Program-made: the position numbers and the translations under genes
Source of the DNA: Candidatus Poribacteria bacterium
GTDB lineage: Bacteria > Poribacteria > WGA-4E > WGA-3G
Reading direction: 5' to 3'
DNA length: 64,000 nt
NCBI GenBank assembly: GCA_965197475.1
Contig: CBDANF010000002.1
Location: forward strand, 928,001-992,000
The notes under the pieces: model-generated
Databases searched by the model: none
What the model was told of the DNA's origin: nothing
What the model saw: the letters and a program-made list of their open reading frames with translations, nothing else
Shown here: positions 39,142-49,434 of the stretch, one piece after another
Layout of the letters: each line of letters begins with the position of its first letter
Numbering within the stretch: position 1 is the stretch's first letter

Positions 39142-40479
39142 ATGAAAACGATACTATTTCTCATACTTTTACTATTAGCTTTTGTAACACTTACGTTTGT
39201 GCCGAATAGTTTTGCACAAGACGCTGCAGATGAAGTTATCTCAATACCGGACCCAACTTTAAAAGCGAGACTCTGTAAAGTATTTAATAAGCCATCTAAT
39301 TGCATAATCACAAAACAGGATATGGAAGGGTTAACGGAACTTGACATCATTGTCCTTAACCCCAGTGATGTCAGAGACAAAAACATTATAGGGCTTGAAT
39401 ACGCAATTAATTTAACAAAGTTTGAAATCCATCGCACGTATGTTAGCGATATAATGCCACTCTCAGGGTTAACAAAATTAACATGGTTACAGATGGCTGC
39501 TAATAAAATCATGGACATCAAACCCTTGGCAGAATTGACAAATCTGGAATTTTTACACTTGTCGACCAATAAAATTAGTGATGTCACACCCCTATCAGGG
39601 CTAACAAAATTAACAGGATTATTGCTTAGCAATAATCAAATCACGGACATCAGTCCGCTTGCCGAGTTGACAAATCTGAAGAATTTATGGCTTGATGGTA
39701 ATCAAATCATAGACATCAGTCCGCTTACTGCTTTGACAAATTTGACGCTTTTAGGTCTTAATGGTAATCAAATCATAGACATCAGTCCGCTTACTGCTTT
39801 GACAAATTTGACGCTTTTAGGTCTTAATGGTAATCAAATCACAGACACGGACCTTAACCTCCTCACTGTGTTTACAAATCTGACAAATTTAAGACTTAAT
39901 GATAATCAAATCACGGACATCAGTCCGCTTGCCGAGTTGACAAATCTGAAGTGGTTAAGTCTTCATGGCAACCAAATTAGCGATGTGAGCCCTCTTACAG
40001 AACTCACAAATCTCAAAACATTAAGAATTTACGACAATCCGATTAAGAACCGAAAACCGCTCCTCGCGCTATTGCAACAGAATCCGGGTATAAAAATTTA
40101 TCTTAAAAACAGTAGGGAAGCACTGCCAGTTACCCTATCCCATTTCAGTGCCGAACACACCGATGCAGGCATTATCCTCAAATGGACAACGGAGTCAGAG
40201 GTAGATAACGCGGGTTTTTATATCTACCGCAGCAAAACAAAGGACGGTGAATTCAAGGTTGTCAACACCGAACTCATTCAAGGTGCTGGCACTACAGGTG
40301 AACGCAATGAATACACGTGGACAGATACCACCGCTAAACCGCATACCTTCTACTATTATCGGATAGAAGATGTGTCGTATGCTGGAGAACAGGAGCAGTT
40401 GGCAACCGTTCGGTTGAGAGGGTTTGTATCCGCAAGCGGTAAACGGACTACAAGTTGGGCAGATTTGAAATCCCAGTAG
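39142..40479 (+). CDS. Secreted internalin-like leucine-rich repeat protein
   Basis: Signal peptide; IPD..L cap; about ten 22-aa L..N.I.DISPL..LTNL repeats; C-terminal LPVTLSHF...W.TESE.DN.GF...W..LK domain. Confidence 0.92.
   Translation: MKTILFLILLLLAFVTLTFVPNSFAQDAADEVISIPDPTLKARLCKVFNKPSNCIITKQDMEGLTELDIIVLNPSDVRDKNIIGLEYAINLTKFEIHRTYVSDIMPLSGLTKLTWLQMAANKIMDIKPLAELTNLEFLHLSTNKISDVTPLSGLTKLTGLLLSNNQITDISPLAELTNLKNLWLDGNQIIDISPLTALTNLTLLGLNGNQIIDISPLTALTNLTLLGLNGNQITDTDLNLLTVFTNLTNLRLNDNQITDISPLAELTNLKWLSLHGNQISDVSPLTELTNLKTLRIYDNPIKNRKPLLALLQQNPGIKIYLKNSREALPVTLSHFSAEHTDAGIILKWTTESEVDNAGFYIYRSKTKDGEFKVVNTELIQGAGTTGERNEYTWTDTTAKPHTFYYYRIEDVSYAGEQEQLATVRLRGFVSASGKRTTSWADLKSQ
39695..39841 (+). 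repeat. Perfect 66-bp tandem repeat (about 2.2 copies) inside the LRR gene
   Basis: Identical units start at 39695, 39761 and 39827. Confidence 0.9.
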
Positions 40480-40605
40480 TAATTTCTATAGTTCGTAGGT
40501 TGGCTAAGCGTAAGCGAAATCCAGTAAACGAAACCTAACCTACGACTTTTACAAATCCCTTGGACAAGGAAGATTTAGGAGTTTCTTCAAAGGCACAATC
40601 AATGG

Positions 40606-41658
40606 CTATTTGTTCTCTTCGGGAAATGGCGCGCGGATGTCATATCGCCCCTCAACAAATACCGGTAACTTTCCACCTTCAACCAAAAGATCAAGCGGGT
40701 TCGGGCGCGTCGTTAAGGGGAAGGTTACTACGTTCTGAATACGCAACGATTCGTAAAACGCCATTAGGATTTCTATTGTGCAGAGTCCATGTCTGCCTGC
40801 ATTGCGGTGCTCTTCAACATCGCCTTCAATCCATGCCAACATTTCTGAAAACTGATTCGGTTCGCTTTGGCGCGGTTTGATGGTCTGCCATCCTGAGGCT
40901 TTGCTATTCAGGAGTTCAATCGTGCCATCACCACCACGGCGGAGTTGACCATCATTGCCATACACAGCATCGCCACGAAGTCCCGGTCCCGGCAAATCAC
41001 TTTCATAGATGCCACGGATACCGCCTTCAAAGCAGATTTCCGCCATGCATAGGTCTTCGGTTCGGACACGGCGTTCCCAACGATCAGTTTTGCGTGCAAC
41101 CTGACCAATAAGCCATTGTGGTTCAGGATCACCGAGAATAAAACGCATTTCGTCAATCTCGTGTGTGCCGCGATTTAGTAATCCGTGCCCATCGCGACGT
41201 AGCATTGCTTGGGGTTGACCAATCGCCCCCTCTTGGATAAGTCGGCGTGCTTCGCAATTCTGACCGCTGAAGCGTCTCTGATGTCCGACAACCAATTTCG
41301 TGCCGTTCTTTTCGCAGGCATCCATCATGTCTTGTGCATCGCCAACTGAAGCTGCCATAGGTTTTTCAGTGATAACACCCAATGCTCCATTTTCAGCTGC
41401 GGCAATTGTCGGTGCTGCCCGCACACTCTGCCATGTGGTGATACTAACAATATCAAGTTCCTCTTTCTGGCACATTTCTTCAAAATCAGTGTAATGTGTT
41501 GGGAGTGAGAACTCATCAGCAAATTTTGCGGTGGAGTCGGCACTGATATCTGATGCGGTGACAACTTTGGCACGACCTGAACCGTTCCAACTCCGTGCAT
41601 GGGCACGCCCCATGCCACCACAACCGATTATGCCTACACGATATGTTTTTTCTGCCAT
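40606..41658 (-). CDS. Gfo/Idh/MocA-family oxidoreductase
   Basis: VGIIGCGGMG, EKPMA, GHQRRF, GTHEID. Confidence 0.92.
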   Translation of the reverse strand: MAEKTYRVGIIGCGGMGRAHARSWNGSGRAKVVTASDISADSTAKFADEFSLPTHYTDFEEMCQKEELDIVSITTWQSVRAAPTIAAAENGALGVITEKPMAASVGDAQDMMDACEKNGTKLVVGHQRRFSGQNCEARRLIQEGAIGQPQAMLRRDGHGLLNRGTHEIDEMRFILGDPEPQWLIGQVARKTDRWERRVRTEDLCMAEICFEGGIRGIYESDLPGPGLRGDAVYGNDGQLRRGGDGTIELLNSKASGWQTIKPRQSEPNQFSEMLAWIEGDVEEHRNAGRHGLCTIEILMAFYESLRIQNVVTFPLTTRPNPLDLLVEGGKLPVFVEGRYDIRAPFPEENK

Positions 41659-42188
41659 CTGTTTACCTCAAATAAGAAATATATGTTAATACTAACGTCA
41701 AGTTTATCAGAAATTGATACGCGATGCAAGTTAATTGTAAGAGGTCCTATGTATGACCCTTGACATCAACATAAATCTGTAATATACTTAAAATATGATA
41801 CTTAATTCTTGATACTGGGAGATGTAACACGATGCAGAAAAAATACAGTCTGCGCCGACGATAATCTATCCGGAATTGGATGGGAAGCCTGCGGAAATTG
41901 AAAATCTTCGATCGGAAAGGAGTGATTGAATTCGGGTATACCCTCTGTAGGTGTGACTTCCCGGTCGCGCCCCTCTAAATGCAAAGAAGACTTAGCAATT
42001 GAACTGCTCCGATCAGAAACAATAAAATAACATGTGTCTATTTTACTACAATTTCCACAAGACGTTTTTCAATGTACGCTTATTTTGTAACAAGTACACT
42101 GTTGGCATCGTTTATGCAAGACAATAAATAAGAAAAAGTTAAAAATTCTCGATGTGTATACCGGTTAGGTATTGATGAAGGAGAAAAA

Positions 42189-43460
42189 ATGCAAAAATTA
42201 ATAATCAACGGTGATACAAGACTTGAAGGTAAAGTTCAGATAAGTGGTTCAAAAAATGCTGTCTTACCTATCGCAGTCGCTGCTGCCATCCTTGGCGATA
42301 GTGTCAGTGTGCTTCACAATGTCCCAAACCTTACAGACGTAAAAACGCTTAGTGCAGTCCTTGAAGGTCTTGGTGCTTCAATAACACGAAAAAACAGTTC
42401 CCTCTACATTGAGCCGATAAACCGCATGGAGTACGAAGCACCCTACGATCTGGTGCGAAAGATGCGCGCATCCATATATGTTTTGGGACCGCTTGTTGCC
42501 AAACTCGGGCGCGCAAAGGTTTCTTTCCCTGGTGGGTGTGCTATCGGTCCGCGACCGGTTGATTTACACATCAAAGGTTTAGAGCATTTAGGTGCGCAAG
42601 TTGAGGTTAAAAAGGGTTATATCTACGCCCAGGCGGAGCGATTGGTCGGTGCCGAGATGGATTTAATTGGTCACCACGGTCCGAGCGTTGGGGCAACGGC
42701 AAACGTTATGATGGCGGCAACCTTAGCCGAAGGGACAACCGTTATCCGCGGTGCTGCGCGTGAACCTCACATCACTGATCTTGCCAAATTCCTCAATGCT
42801 ATGGGGGCAGATATAGAAGGTATCGGTACTTCTGTTTTAACAATTCAAGGTGTCAAACAGTTGCGTGGTACCGAACATCAGGTTATCTCAGACGATATTG
42901 AAGCAGGCACTTTTATGGTTGCAAGTGCAATCACTAACGGTGATGTTTTCGTGGAAGGTGTCACCCATCAACAAATCCACACTGTTGCAGAGAAACTAAC
43001 AGAAGCTGGCGTGCAATTAGATTGGGGTGACATAGGTGTACGCGTCACATCGCCTCGCAAACTCAAATCGATAGATGTCACCACCGCTCCATTCCCAGGA
43101 TTTCCCACAGATATGCAGGCACAGATGATGGGGCTGCTCACGCTCGCGTCAGGAACAAGTACTATCACCGAAAATGTTCACACTGATCGTTTCATACATG
43201 CCGCAGAACTCAACCGTATGGGTGCTGATATCAGGCTTGAGGGGCGCAAATCTGTTATTCATGGTGTTCCGTTCCTCAGTGGTGCACCGGTAATGGCTTC
43301 CGATCTGCGTGCTGGTGCTGTGCTTGTCGTTGCTGGAATGGCAGCTGCTGGCGAAACTGTTGTCTCGCGTGTTTACCATATTGACAGAGGTTATGAAGCA
43401 ATCGAGAAAAAACTCAACAATCTCGGTGCGGATATTGTCAGGGTCAATGACAGTGAATGA
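42189..43460 (+). CDS. murA: UDP-N-acetylglucosamine 1-carboxyvinyltransferase
   Basis: SGSKNA.LP, MRASI, PGGCAIGPRPVDLH, PGFPTDMQAQ, DLRAGA, HIDRGYE. Confidence 0.97.
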   Translation: MQKLIINGDTRLEGKVQISGSKNAVLPIAVAAAILGDSVSVLHNVPNLTDVKTLSAVLEGLGASITRKNSSLYIEPINRMEYEAPYDLVRKMRASIYVLGPLVAKLGRAKVSFPGGCAIGPRPVDLHIKGLEHLGAQVEVKKGYIYAQAERLVGAEMDLIGHHGPSVGATANVMMAATLAEGTTVIRGAAREPHITDLAKFLNAMGADIEGIGTSVLTIQGVKQLRGTEHQVISDDIEAGTFMVASAITNGDVFVEGVTHQQIHTVAEKLTEAGVQLDWGDIGVRVTSPRKLKSIDVTTAPFPGFPTDMQAQMMGLLTLASGTSTITENVHTDRFIHAAELNRMGADIRLEGRKSVIHGVPFLSGAPVMASDLRAGAVLVVAGMAAAGETVVSRVYHIDRGYEAIEKKLNNLGADIVRVNDSE

Positions 43461-43551
43461 GTCGTGTATGTATTGTAGGTTTATATGTTGCGAATTGTTG
43501 ATACACAAACCTTGTAAGCCCAATTGAAAGAACTAATACAAAACTAATACC

Positions 43552-44850
43552 ATGTTGCGAATTGTTGATACACAAACCCCCGAAAGTAAAGCCTTTCTTG
43601 CAAAACTAAACGAGCGAGGCAGGTTAACAGATGAAAATATTCTAAGAACTGTTCGCCGTACGCTGAGCGATGTGCAAGCAGAAGGCGATAAAGCTGTGGC
43701 TCGGTATACTCGCAAACTTGATTCCCCGCGACTTTCTACCAAAGGACTAAAGGTTCAACAGAAAGAATTTAAACAAGCATATACTGAAGTCCCTTCAGAT
43801 TTTATTGAGGCAATTGCACACGCTAAGAAGAACATTGAAAGTTTCCATCAAAAGCAGATGCAAACTTCTTGGGTCTCCACAGAGGCAGATGGAGTCTTAT
43901 TAGGACATCTCATCCGTCCCCTAAAGCGTATCGGAGTTTGTGTTCCCTCTGTTAGTCAACTCCTGGTTTCATCGCTGCTCATGAACGTAATACCTGCAAT
44001 TGTTGCTGGCGTTGAGGAAATTGCTGTTTGCATGGGACCCATGCGGAATCGTCAGATCAACCCACACATGTTGGTCGCAGCTGCAGAATGTGGCATGGAT
44101 GAGATTTACAAATGTGGTGGTGCACAAGCGGTCGGAGCGATGGCTTACGGCACGGCAACCATCTCCCCAGTTGATAAGATTGTCGGTCCTGGCAACCTGT
44201 ACGTCCAACTTGCCAAAAAAGAGGTTTACGGACACGTTGATATTGACAAATTAGCCGGACCAAGCGAAATCCTCGTCATTGCCGACAGCACTGCAGACCC
44301 CGATTATGTTGCCGCTGATCTTATTTCACAAGCCGAACACGGACCGGAGTGTTCAGCAATTCTTGTAACCCCTTCACGTGGATTTGCTGAACAGGTTAAA
44401 GCGGCAATTGAACTCCAGGCGCAAACTCTCCCTCGACAATATGAACTTGTAAAGGCTTTTGAAAATTACGGTGCCGCGTTTGTTGTCGAAGATTTAGCGG
44501 AAGCGGTTTCCTTTGCTAACCAAATTGCACCTGAGCACGTTGAATTACACGTTGAAAATCCATTAAACTGGATCGGTGAAATTCGAAATGCAGGTGCTAT
44601 CCTTGTGGGTCCTTATTCTCCTGAAGCTGTAGGGGATTACATTGCAGGACCAAATCACATCCTCCCTACAGGCACAGCAGCGCGCTACGCCTCTCCATTA
44701 AGCGTTCACGATTTTCTTAAAAAGACAAGCCTCATTTCTTACACCAAAACCGCTTTAGAGAAGGTTACACCAGATGTTGTGAAACTTGCAGAAGTAGAGG
44801 GTTTAGAGGGTCATGCCGCAGCCATGAAAATCCGATTTGAAGACGATTAG
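43552..44850 (+). CDS. hisD: Histidinol dehydrogenase
   Basis: GGAQA..A.AYGT, DKIVGPGN, AGPSE, SQAEH, APEH, GDY.AGPNH.LPT, EGL.GH. Confidence 0.95.
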   Translation: MLRIVDTQTPESKAFLAKLNERGRLTDENILRTVRRTLSDVQAEGDKAVARYTRKLDSPRLSTKGLKVQQKEFKQAYTEVPSDFIEAIAHAKKNIESFHQKQMQTSWVSTEADGVLLGHLIRPLKRIGVCVPSVSQLLVSSLLMNVIPAIVAGVEEIAVCMGPMRNRQINPHMLVAAAECGMDEIYKCGGAQAVGAMAYGTATISPVDKIVGPGNLYVQLAKKEVYGHVDIDKLAGPSEILVIADSTADPDYVAADLISQAEHGPECSAILVTPSRGFAEQVKAAIELQAQTLPRQYELVKAFENYGAAFVVEDLAEAVSFANQIAPEHVELHVENPLNWIGEIRNAGAILVGPYSPEAVGDYIAGPNHILPTGTAARYASPLSVHDFLKKTSLISYTKTALEKVTPDVVKLAEVEGLEGHAAAMKIRFEDD

Positions 44851-44896
44851 TCCGAACACGCCGCATTGTAGGAGGGCTTGTCAGCCCGATTTATTT

Positions 44897-45565
44897 ATGA
44901 AAACCAATATGCTTTCGAAACAGATCTCTCCAGTCGCCACATTCTCAATCGTTGGATATGATCTAAACAATGGTGATTTGGGAATTGCCGTGCAATCAAA
45001 GTTTTTTGCTGTCGGTGCAGTAGTGCCGTGGGCAGAAACTGGCGTTGGTGCTATTGCAACACAATCCTGGGCAAATACGACTTTTGGACCCAGAGGATTG
45101 GAATTGCTTAAGATTGGACTTTCAGCACAACAGACCTTAGACCATCTCATCAAGGACGATTCTGGACGGAAAACACGGCAGGTTGGTATCGTTGATGCAA
45201 ATGGTAACGTTGCAAACTATACAGGTGAAGAATGCCACGGTTGGGCAGGTGCTGTTTCGGGCAAAAATTACACTGCACAAGGTAATATCCTTGCTGGACA
45301 GGATGTTGTCAAAGCGATGGGAACAGCGTTTGAAAAAATGGAAGGCGAATTGGCGGATAAATTGATGGCTGCACTCTTTGCTGGACAGGAAAACGGCGGT
45401 GACAAACGGGGACAGCAGTCCGCTGCGCTGCTCGTTGTTAGAAAAAAGGGGGGTTATGGCGGTTTCAATGACCGTTACATTGACCTACGTGTTGACGATG
45501 CTGAAAAACCGATCCAGGAACTTCAGCGGCTCTTAGAAATCCATAAAAAATTCTTTCCACGATAA
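44897..45565 (+). CDS. DUF1028-family Ntn-hydrolase-like protein
   Basis: TFSIVG.D, GAIATQS, RQVG, QGN.L, GGDKRGQQSAA, DLRVDD. Confidence 0.88.
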   Translation: MKTNMLSKQISPVATFSIVGYDLNNGDLGIAVQSKFFAVGAVVPWAETGVGAIATQSWANTTFGPRGLELLKIGLSAQQTLDHLIKDDSGRKTRQVGIVDANGNVANYTGEECHGWAGAVSGKNYTAQGNILAGQDVVKAMGTAFEKMEGELADKLMAALFAGQENGGDKRGQQSAALLVVRKKGGYGGFNDRYIDLRVDDAEKPIQELQRLLEIHKKFFPR

Positions 45566-45698
45566 TCGCACCTCTACCCTATGAATCAACGCTGAATACG
45601 CATAAGGCATTTTGCGGGGCGCGACCGAGAGGTCACTCCTACAAAATCTGAGCAAATCCAAGATTCATACAAATTGACAATATTGACACCCTTCATAA

Positions 45699-46210
45699 GG
45701 GTATGTAAAGTTTTTGGCAATTTCTGAATCGCGGATTATGCGGATTGCACCAAATCAACGGTATGAATGCCTTTTGGCATTCCCCGGATTGCGCGGATTT
45801 TGGGAACTTGATGTCAAATCAATTGCAAATGCGCGCTTGATATTGGAAATCGGGGTTGAAAACCCATAACTTTCAATTTAGCGTGTGCTATAGTCAAAAC
45901 GATATTGATTTCCAAAGGCAGCAGCACCAACGGTGCGGAAGGTGTATAGAAAACGGTGTCAAACCTTCTTTAGCCCCAGCGGGGCGAAAGTTGTCCGATT
46001 TCGGTATATTACTTGGGTTCTACACCTTTCGCCCCGCTGGGGCTTATTGGATCATTCCTATGCAGGTTTTATACACCTTTCGCCCCGCTGGGGCTAAAAC
46101 ACATGTAAAATATAGGTTAAAATCCTTAAGTTGACAGTTATGGAAATCGGGGTTGAAAACCCCTCCTACAAGAGAAAGGGAATGGTTAATGCCAAAAACT
46201 TTACACACCC
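45699..46210. mobile_element. 512-bp non-autonomous element (MITE) with 21-bp inverted repeats and an 8-bp target duplication
   Basis: GGGT(A/G)TGTAAAGTTTTTGGCA at both ends; CTTCATAA at 45691-45698 and 46211-46218. Confidence 0.88.
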
Positions 46211-46352
46211 CTTCATAATCGGTATTTTGACTTTTCTCTCAAAATGTGGTATCATTTTATCCATTAACTGCGGTGGAGAAAAGAGTCTTCACCCACTATC
46301 CCATCATTATTTCTACAAATATATCATCTTTAGAAAAATCTGTTGAGGTACA

Positions 46353-46550
46353 ATGATGCAAAAACAGAAGCGGATCATAGCTATAGTGTTAGCCTGCTGC
46401 TTGTTACTTTGTGCAGTTCTTGTTTCAAATTATGCTTTCGGTCTGACAGGCGCGTTGGCTAACCTCTTTCCGATAAGCATACCGTTAGCGAGTTTCGAAC
46501 AGTTTCACGTCATCGCCCACGATAACTACTCCTATCATTTACCACCATGA
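46353..46550 (+). CDS. Small putative membrane or secreted protein
   Basis: GAGG RBS; basic N-terminus followed by a hydrophobic helix. Confidence 0.45.
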   Translation: MMQKQKRIIAIVLACCLLLCAVLVSNYAFGLTGALANLFPISIPLASFEQFHVIAHDNYSYHLPP

Positions 46551-47029
46551 TGTGTGTCTAATTCCTCTTTTTGCTCTAAAACAAGCGGGGGACGATTGAA
46601 ACGCTCACGAATCTTGTTCGCAGCTAAGAAAATGGCACGCATACGAATGATACGACGTGCCAACCGCTTTTTCCCCGGAAAATCGCTGATAATCAACCCC
46701 GATAAAATTGTTAATAAACCCTGTCCTGGGACTCCGGGTACCGCCAAAAGTGCTCCTACAACAATCAGCATACCCCCCACCAGATTTTTCAACAAAGAGA
46801 CAAAGAAACGTAAAACCGGATTTTTAATGGGGCGAACCCGCTTTGTTTCGTCGAAATAGTCCGGCGGCAGGAACGTTATCAACGCAGCACACCCGACAAT
46901 GCTCAACACTAAACTTGTTCCTGAGAAAATCCCCACAAATAGCCAGTGGTTTGCTATTAACTGCAAAAAAAGTAAAAACCACCCACTGATTACTTGCCAA
47001 CAAATTTTTAACGCATCAATCAACCACAA
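46535..47029 (-). CDS. Hypothetical membrane protein (PGPGW-like)
   Basis: LPPDYF, KNLVG, PGVPGQGLLTIL, DFPGK; start position uncertain. Confidence 0.75.
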   Translation of the reverse strand: MWLIDALKICWQVISGWFLLFLQLIANHWLFVGIFSGTSLVLSIVGCAALITFLPPDYFDETKRVRPIKNPVLRFFVSLLKNLVGGMLIVVGALLAVPGVPGQGLLTILSGLIISDFPGKKRLARRIIRMRAIFLAANKIRERFNRPPLVLEQKEELDTHHGGK

Positions 47030-47049
47030 GGGGTTTTTCTCCTAACACA

Positions 47050-47820
47050 CTATCGGCGCGAGATAGCACCGCCATCAACTGTCAAAATATCTCCGCTAAT
47101 ATAGCCAGCTTCATCCGAAGCGAGGAACAACACTGCTCCGATATAATCCCATACCGTAGCACGTCGCTCAAGTGGCGCATCCGGTGAAGCAGGTAGCAAT
47201 TCTGGAAGACTATTATCTTTAGGTAAATCTTGGGGAGCGTTCATTCCTGTCGGTGCACCACCGCCGGGTGCAACAGCATTCACAGTAATACCGTGCGGAC
47301 GAAGTTCTAACGCCAAGCTACGTGTCAATCTATTTACTGCTGCTTTGCTCACGCAATAACTTAAGACCCCGACATGTGATTCCTCAGCAAAGATAGACGA
47401 ATTATTTATGATCCGTCCCCGTATCTCCTGTGTTATCATTACCTTAGCAACTGCCTGTGCACACAGCAGACACCCCTTTACATTAACCGCCATCACGTTG
47501 TCAAAACCTTCTGCTGTCAACTCAAAAAGTGTTTGGCGATTAATAATTCCGGCGTTGTTGAAGAGAATATCAATTCGTTTGAATGTGTCCAATGTCGTCC
47601 CAACGGCAGCCTGAACCTGTGCAGGAACTGTGACATCTAATGGTACTGCAATCGCCTGTTCACCTTCAGCGCGAATTTCTGCGGCAACAGCATCGGCATT
47701 TCTGCCACCTGCGACTACTACTGACGCACCTTCACGCGCAAATGCTAAACAAGCAGCTCTCCCAATACCTAAAGGTCCGCCACCGCCTGTTACAAATGCT
47801 ACCCGATTTTCAAAACGCAT
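47050..47820 (-). CDS. SDR-family oxidoreductase
   Basis: VTGG...GIG, NNAG, YCVSK, VNAVAPG, VDGG. Confidence 0.92.
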   Translation of the reverse strand: MRFENRVAFVTGGGGPLGIGRAACLAFAREGASVVVAGGRNADAVAAEIRAEGEQAIAVPLDVTVPAQVQAAVGTTLDTFKRIDILFNNAGIINRQTLFELTAEGFDNVMAVNVKGCLLCAQAVAKVMITQEIRGRIINNSSIFAEESHVGVLSYCVSKAAVNRLTRSLALELRPHGITVNAVAPGGGAPTGMNAPQDLPKDNSLPELLPASPDAPLERRATVWDYIGAVLFLASDEAGYISGDILTVDGGAISRR

Positions 47821-47852
47821 CCGTTCCTTCTCCTAAAGTTGTCAACTTCTTT

Positions 47853-48185
47853 TCAGGCAAGTTTGCGGCGATGCTCCGCTAAATCTTCTCGCACTATCTT
47901 AGCGATTTCAGGTCCAATTTCCTCAAGTATTTCTTCTAACCCTTCCTTTTGGATAGAAACTGTGGGAATGAATGCACCCTTATCTAAGTCAATGGGGAAA
48001 CCTTCCTTTTGTTCAACACCGTTGCGGGCGAACCTAACTCGCGCCAAGAATAGCGGTCCGTAACCGTCTTCATACTGGAGTTCCACACGAAGGAATTCAA
48101 TAGCATCAGTACCTAGTACACGCCCGGATAGGTCAAGTGTCTTAATAGTGAGGTTGAACGAGGACTTAACTTTGTATCTGTTCAT
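47853..48185 (-). CDS. Small hypothetical protein
   Basis: AGGGG RBS before MNRYKV; directly follows the ART-like gene. Confidence 0.6.
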   Translation of the reverse strand: MNRYKVKSSFNLTIKTLDLSGRVLGTDAIEFLRVELQYEDGYGPLFLARVRFARNGVEQKEGFPIDLDKGAFIPTVSIQKEGLEEILEEIGPEIAKIVREDLAEHRRKLA

Positions 48186-48220
48186 GAGTGTACCCCTATT
48201 GGTTATCAAGGGTTGTGAAT

Positions 48221-48835
48221 CTAATAGTAAACCTCAAAACGATTCTTTACGGAAGTTGCGGGAATGTTGCCGTGGGCAAGAATCTCGGCATCCCGTAATG
48301 CTCTCACAAGTGTTTCTAATTCAATTGTTAAGTTCGGTGGACGCGGGGTGCCTTCACTTGAAGGCGGCTGCACCGAGTGCTGTTCCAGAAAATGTCCCAT
48401 ATTTCTCGGATCAACGATGCCTATCAAGAAATCAGGCAATCCATCGTGTTGGTAGGAAGGTCCCGGGCTGGTCGGGGACGGTAACGTCTGTGCAACTTCT
48501 TTGACTGGATCTAGGAGTTTTAAATCGGGCGGCAGCTGTTCCTGAATTTCAATTTCATGCACGTATGCAGGCTCGCTTGCGGTAGGAACCCTCGTGCTAC
48601 TTGACATAGCGTAACGCCAAGCGACTGCGTATGAATGGGTGATAGAAATGAAAGGACTGTTAACAGTGCTTCGCGCAATATGAAGCATCAATCGAGTTAT
48701 CGTGGATGTCATTTCGGGTGCTCTGGCAGTAAAACCGCGTTCTGTTGGGTCGTTGAGGTGCCAATAGGTACCAATGCCTGATCCGCGATAGAATATCGCC
48801 ATAAAATCTGTTGCTCCGTTCCCATTTTCCAACAT
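48221..48835 (-). CDS. Hypothetical protein with ADP-ribosyltransferase-like motifs
   Basis: FYRG...H...SPFISIT..YAVA..YA...DAEIL..G.IP. Confidence 0.6.
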   Translation of the reverse strand: MLENGNGATDFMAIFYRGSGIGTYWHLNDPTERGFTARAPEMTSTITRLMLHIARSTVNSPFISITHSYAVAWRYAMSSSTRVPTASEPAYVHEIEIQEQLPPDLKLLDPVKEVAQTLPSPTSPGPSYQHDGLPDFLIGIVDPRNMGHFLEQHSVQPPSSEGTPRPPNLTIELETLVRALRDAEILAHGNIPATSVKNRFEVYY

Positions 48836-49011
48836 GAATATATAAGTTTAACATTAATTTTAGTTCTGTGTCAAGTGGATTCTGCAGGTTCCAGGGCGAT
48901 TTAGTTTTCAGTTTTCTTTATATTTTTTCACAGATATAAACATTTTGCAGCTAGGAAAGAAGTAAGAACCGAGTTTTAAGAAAAACTCGGTTTCTAAGGT
49001 AACGGGCTAAC

Positions 49012-49434
49012 TTATTCTTGCGCGTGTTCGGCAAAGATATCCCAGGTGATTCCAAATTTGTCGGTACATTTACCGTAGTAGGAACCCCAGAACACGCAGC
49101 CCATCGGCATTACGATTTTGCCACCATCTGATAGTTTGTCGAAGACCTCGTCTGCGTGCAGTTTGCTGTCCGCCCCGAAGCAGAGCGAGAAGTTGTTGCC
49201 AGCGACACGCGGTGGACCGAACGATGAACAGGTATCGCTGCCCATCAGAACACTGGATCCGATCGGAAGGGAGACGTGCATGATACGATCAAGATCTTCC
49301 TCCGCAATGCCCATTTCTTTTGGACCCTCACGGAATGTTGAAATGTTCATGAACTCACCACCAAAAATGGAACGGTAGAATTCAAACGCTTCGCGGCAAT
49401 TATCGTTGAAAGTTAAGTACGGATTAAGTGCCAT
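49012..49434 (-). CDS. VOC-family (PhnB-like) protein
   Basis: LNPYL.F, A.EFY..IFGG, IMH, MGSD, FWG..YG..TDKFG..W. Confidence 0.9.
   Translation of the reverse strand: MALNPYLTFNDNCREAFEFYRSIFGGEFMNISTFREGPKEMGIAEEDLDRIMHVSLPIGSSVLMGSDTCSSFGPPRVAGNNFSLCFGADSKLHADEVFDKLSDGGKIVMPMGCVFWGSYYGKCTDKFGITWDIFAEHAQE

Noticed and set aside
41800-42000. Possible ncRNA or decayed small gene upstream of murA (MQKKYSLRRR* then an open stretch)
   Set aside because: No recognisable RNA family or protein motif that I can support.
45972-46095. 24-bp repeats with a short spacer as a mini-CRISPR
   Set aside because: Only two direct copies plus one inverted copy, inside a MITE; this fits REP clusters.
45856-46346. 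Short ORFs of 92 and 71 aa
   Set aside because: They are translations of MITE and REP repeats.
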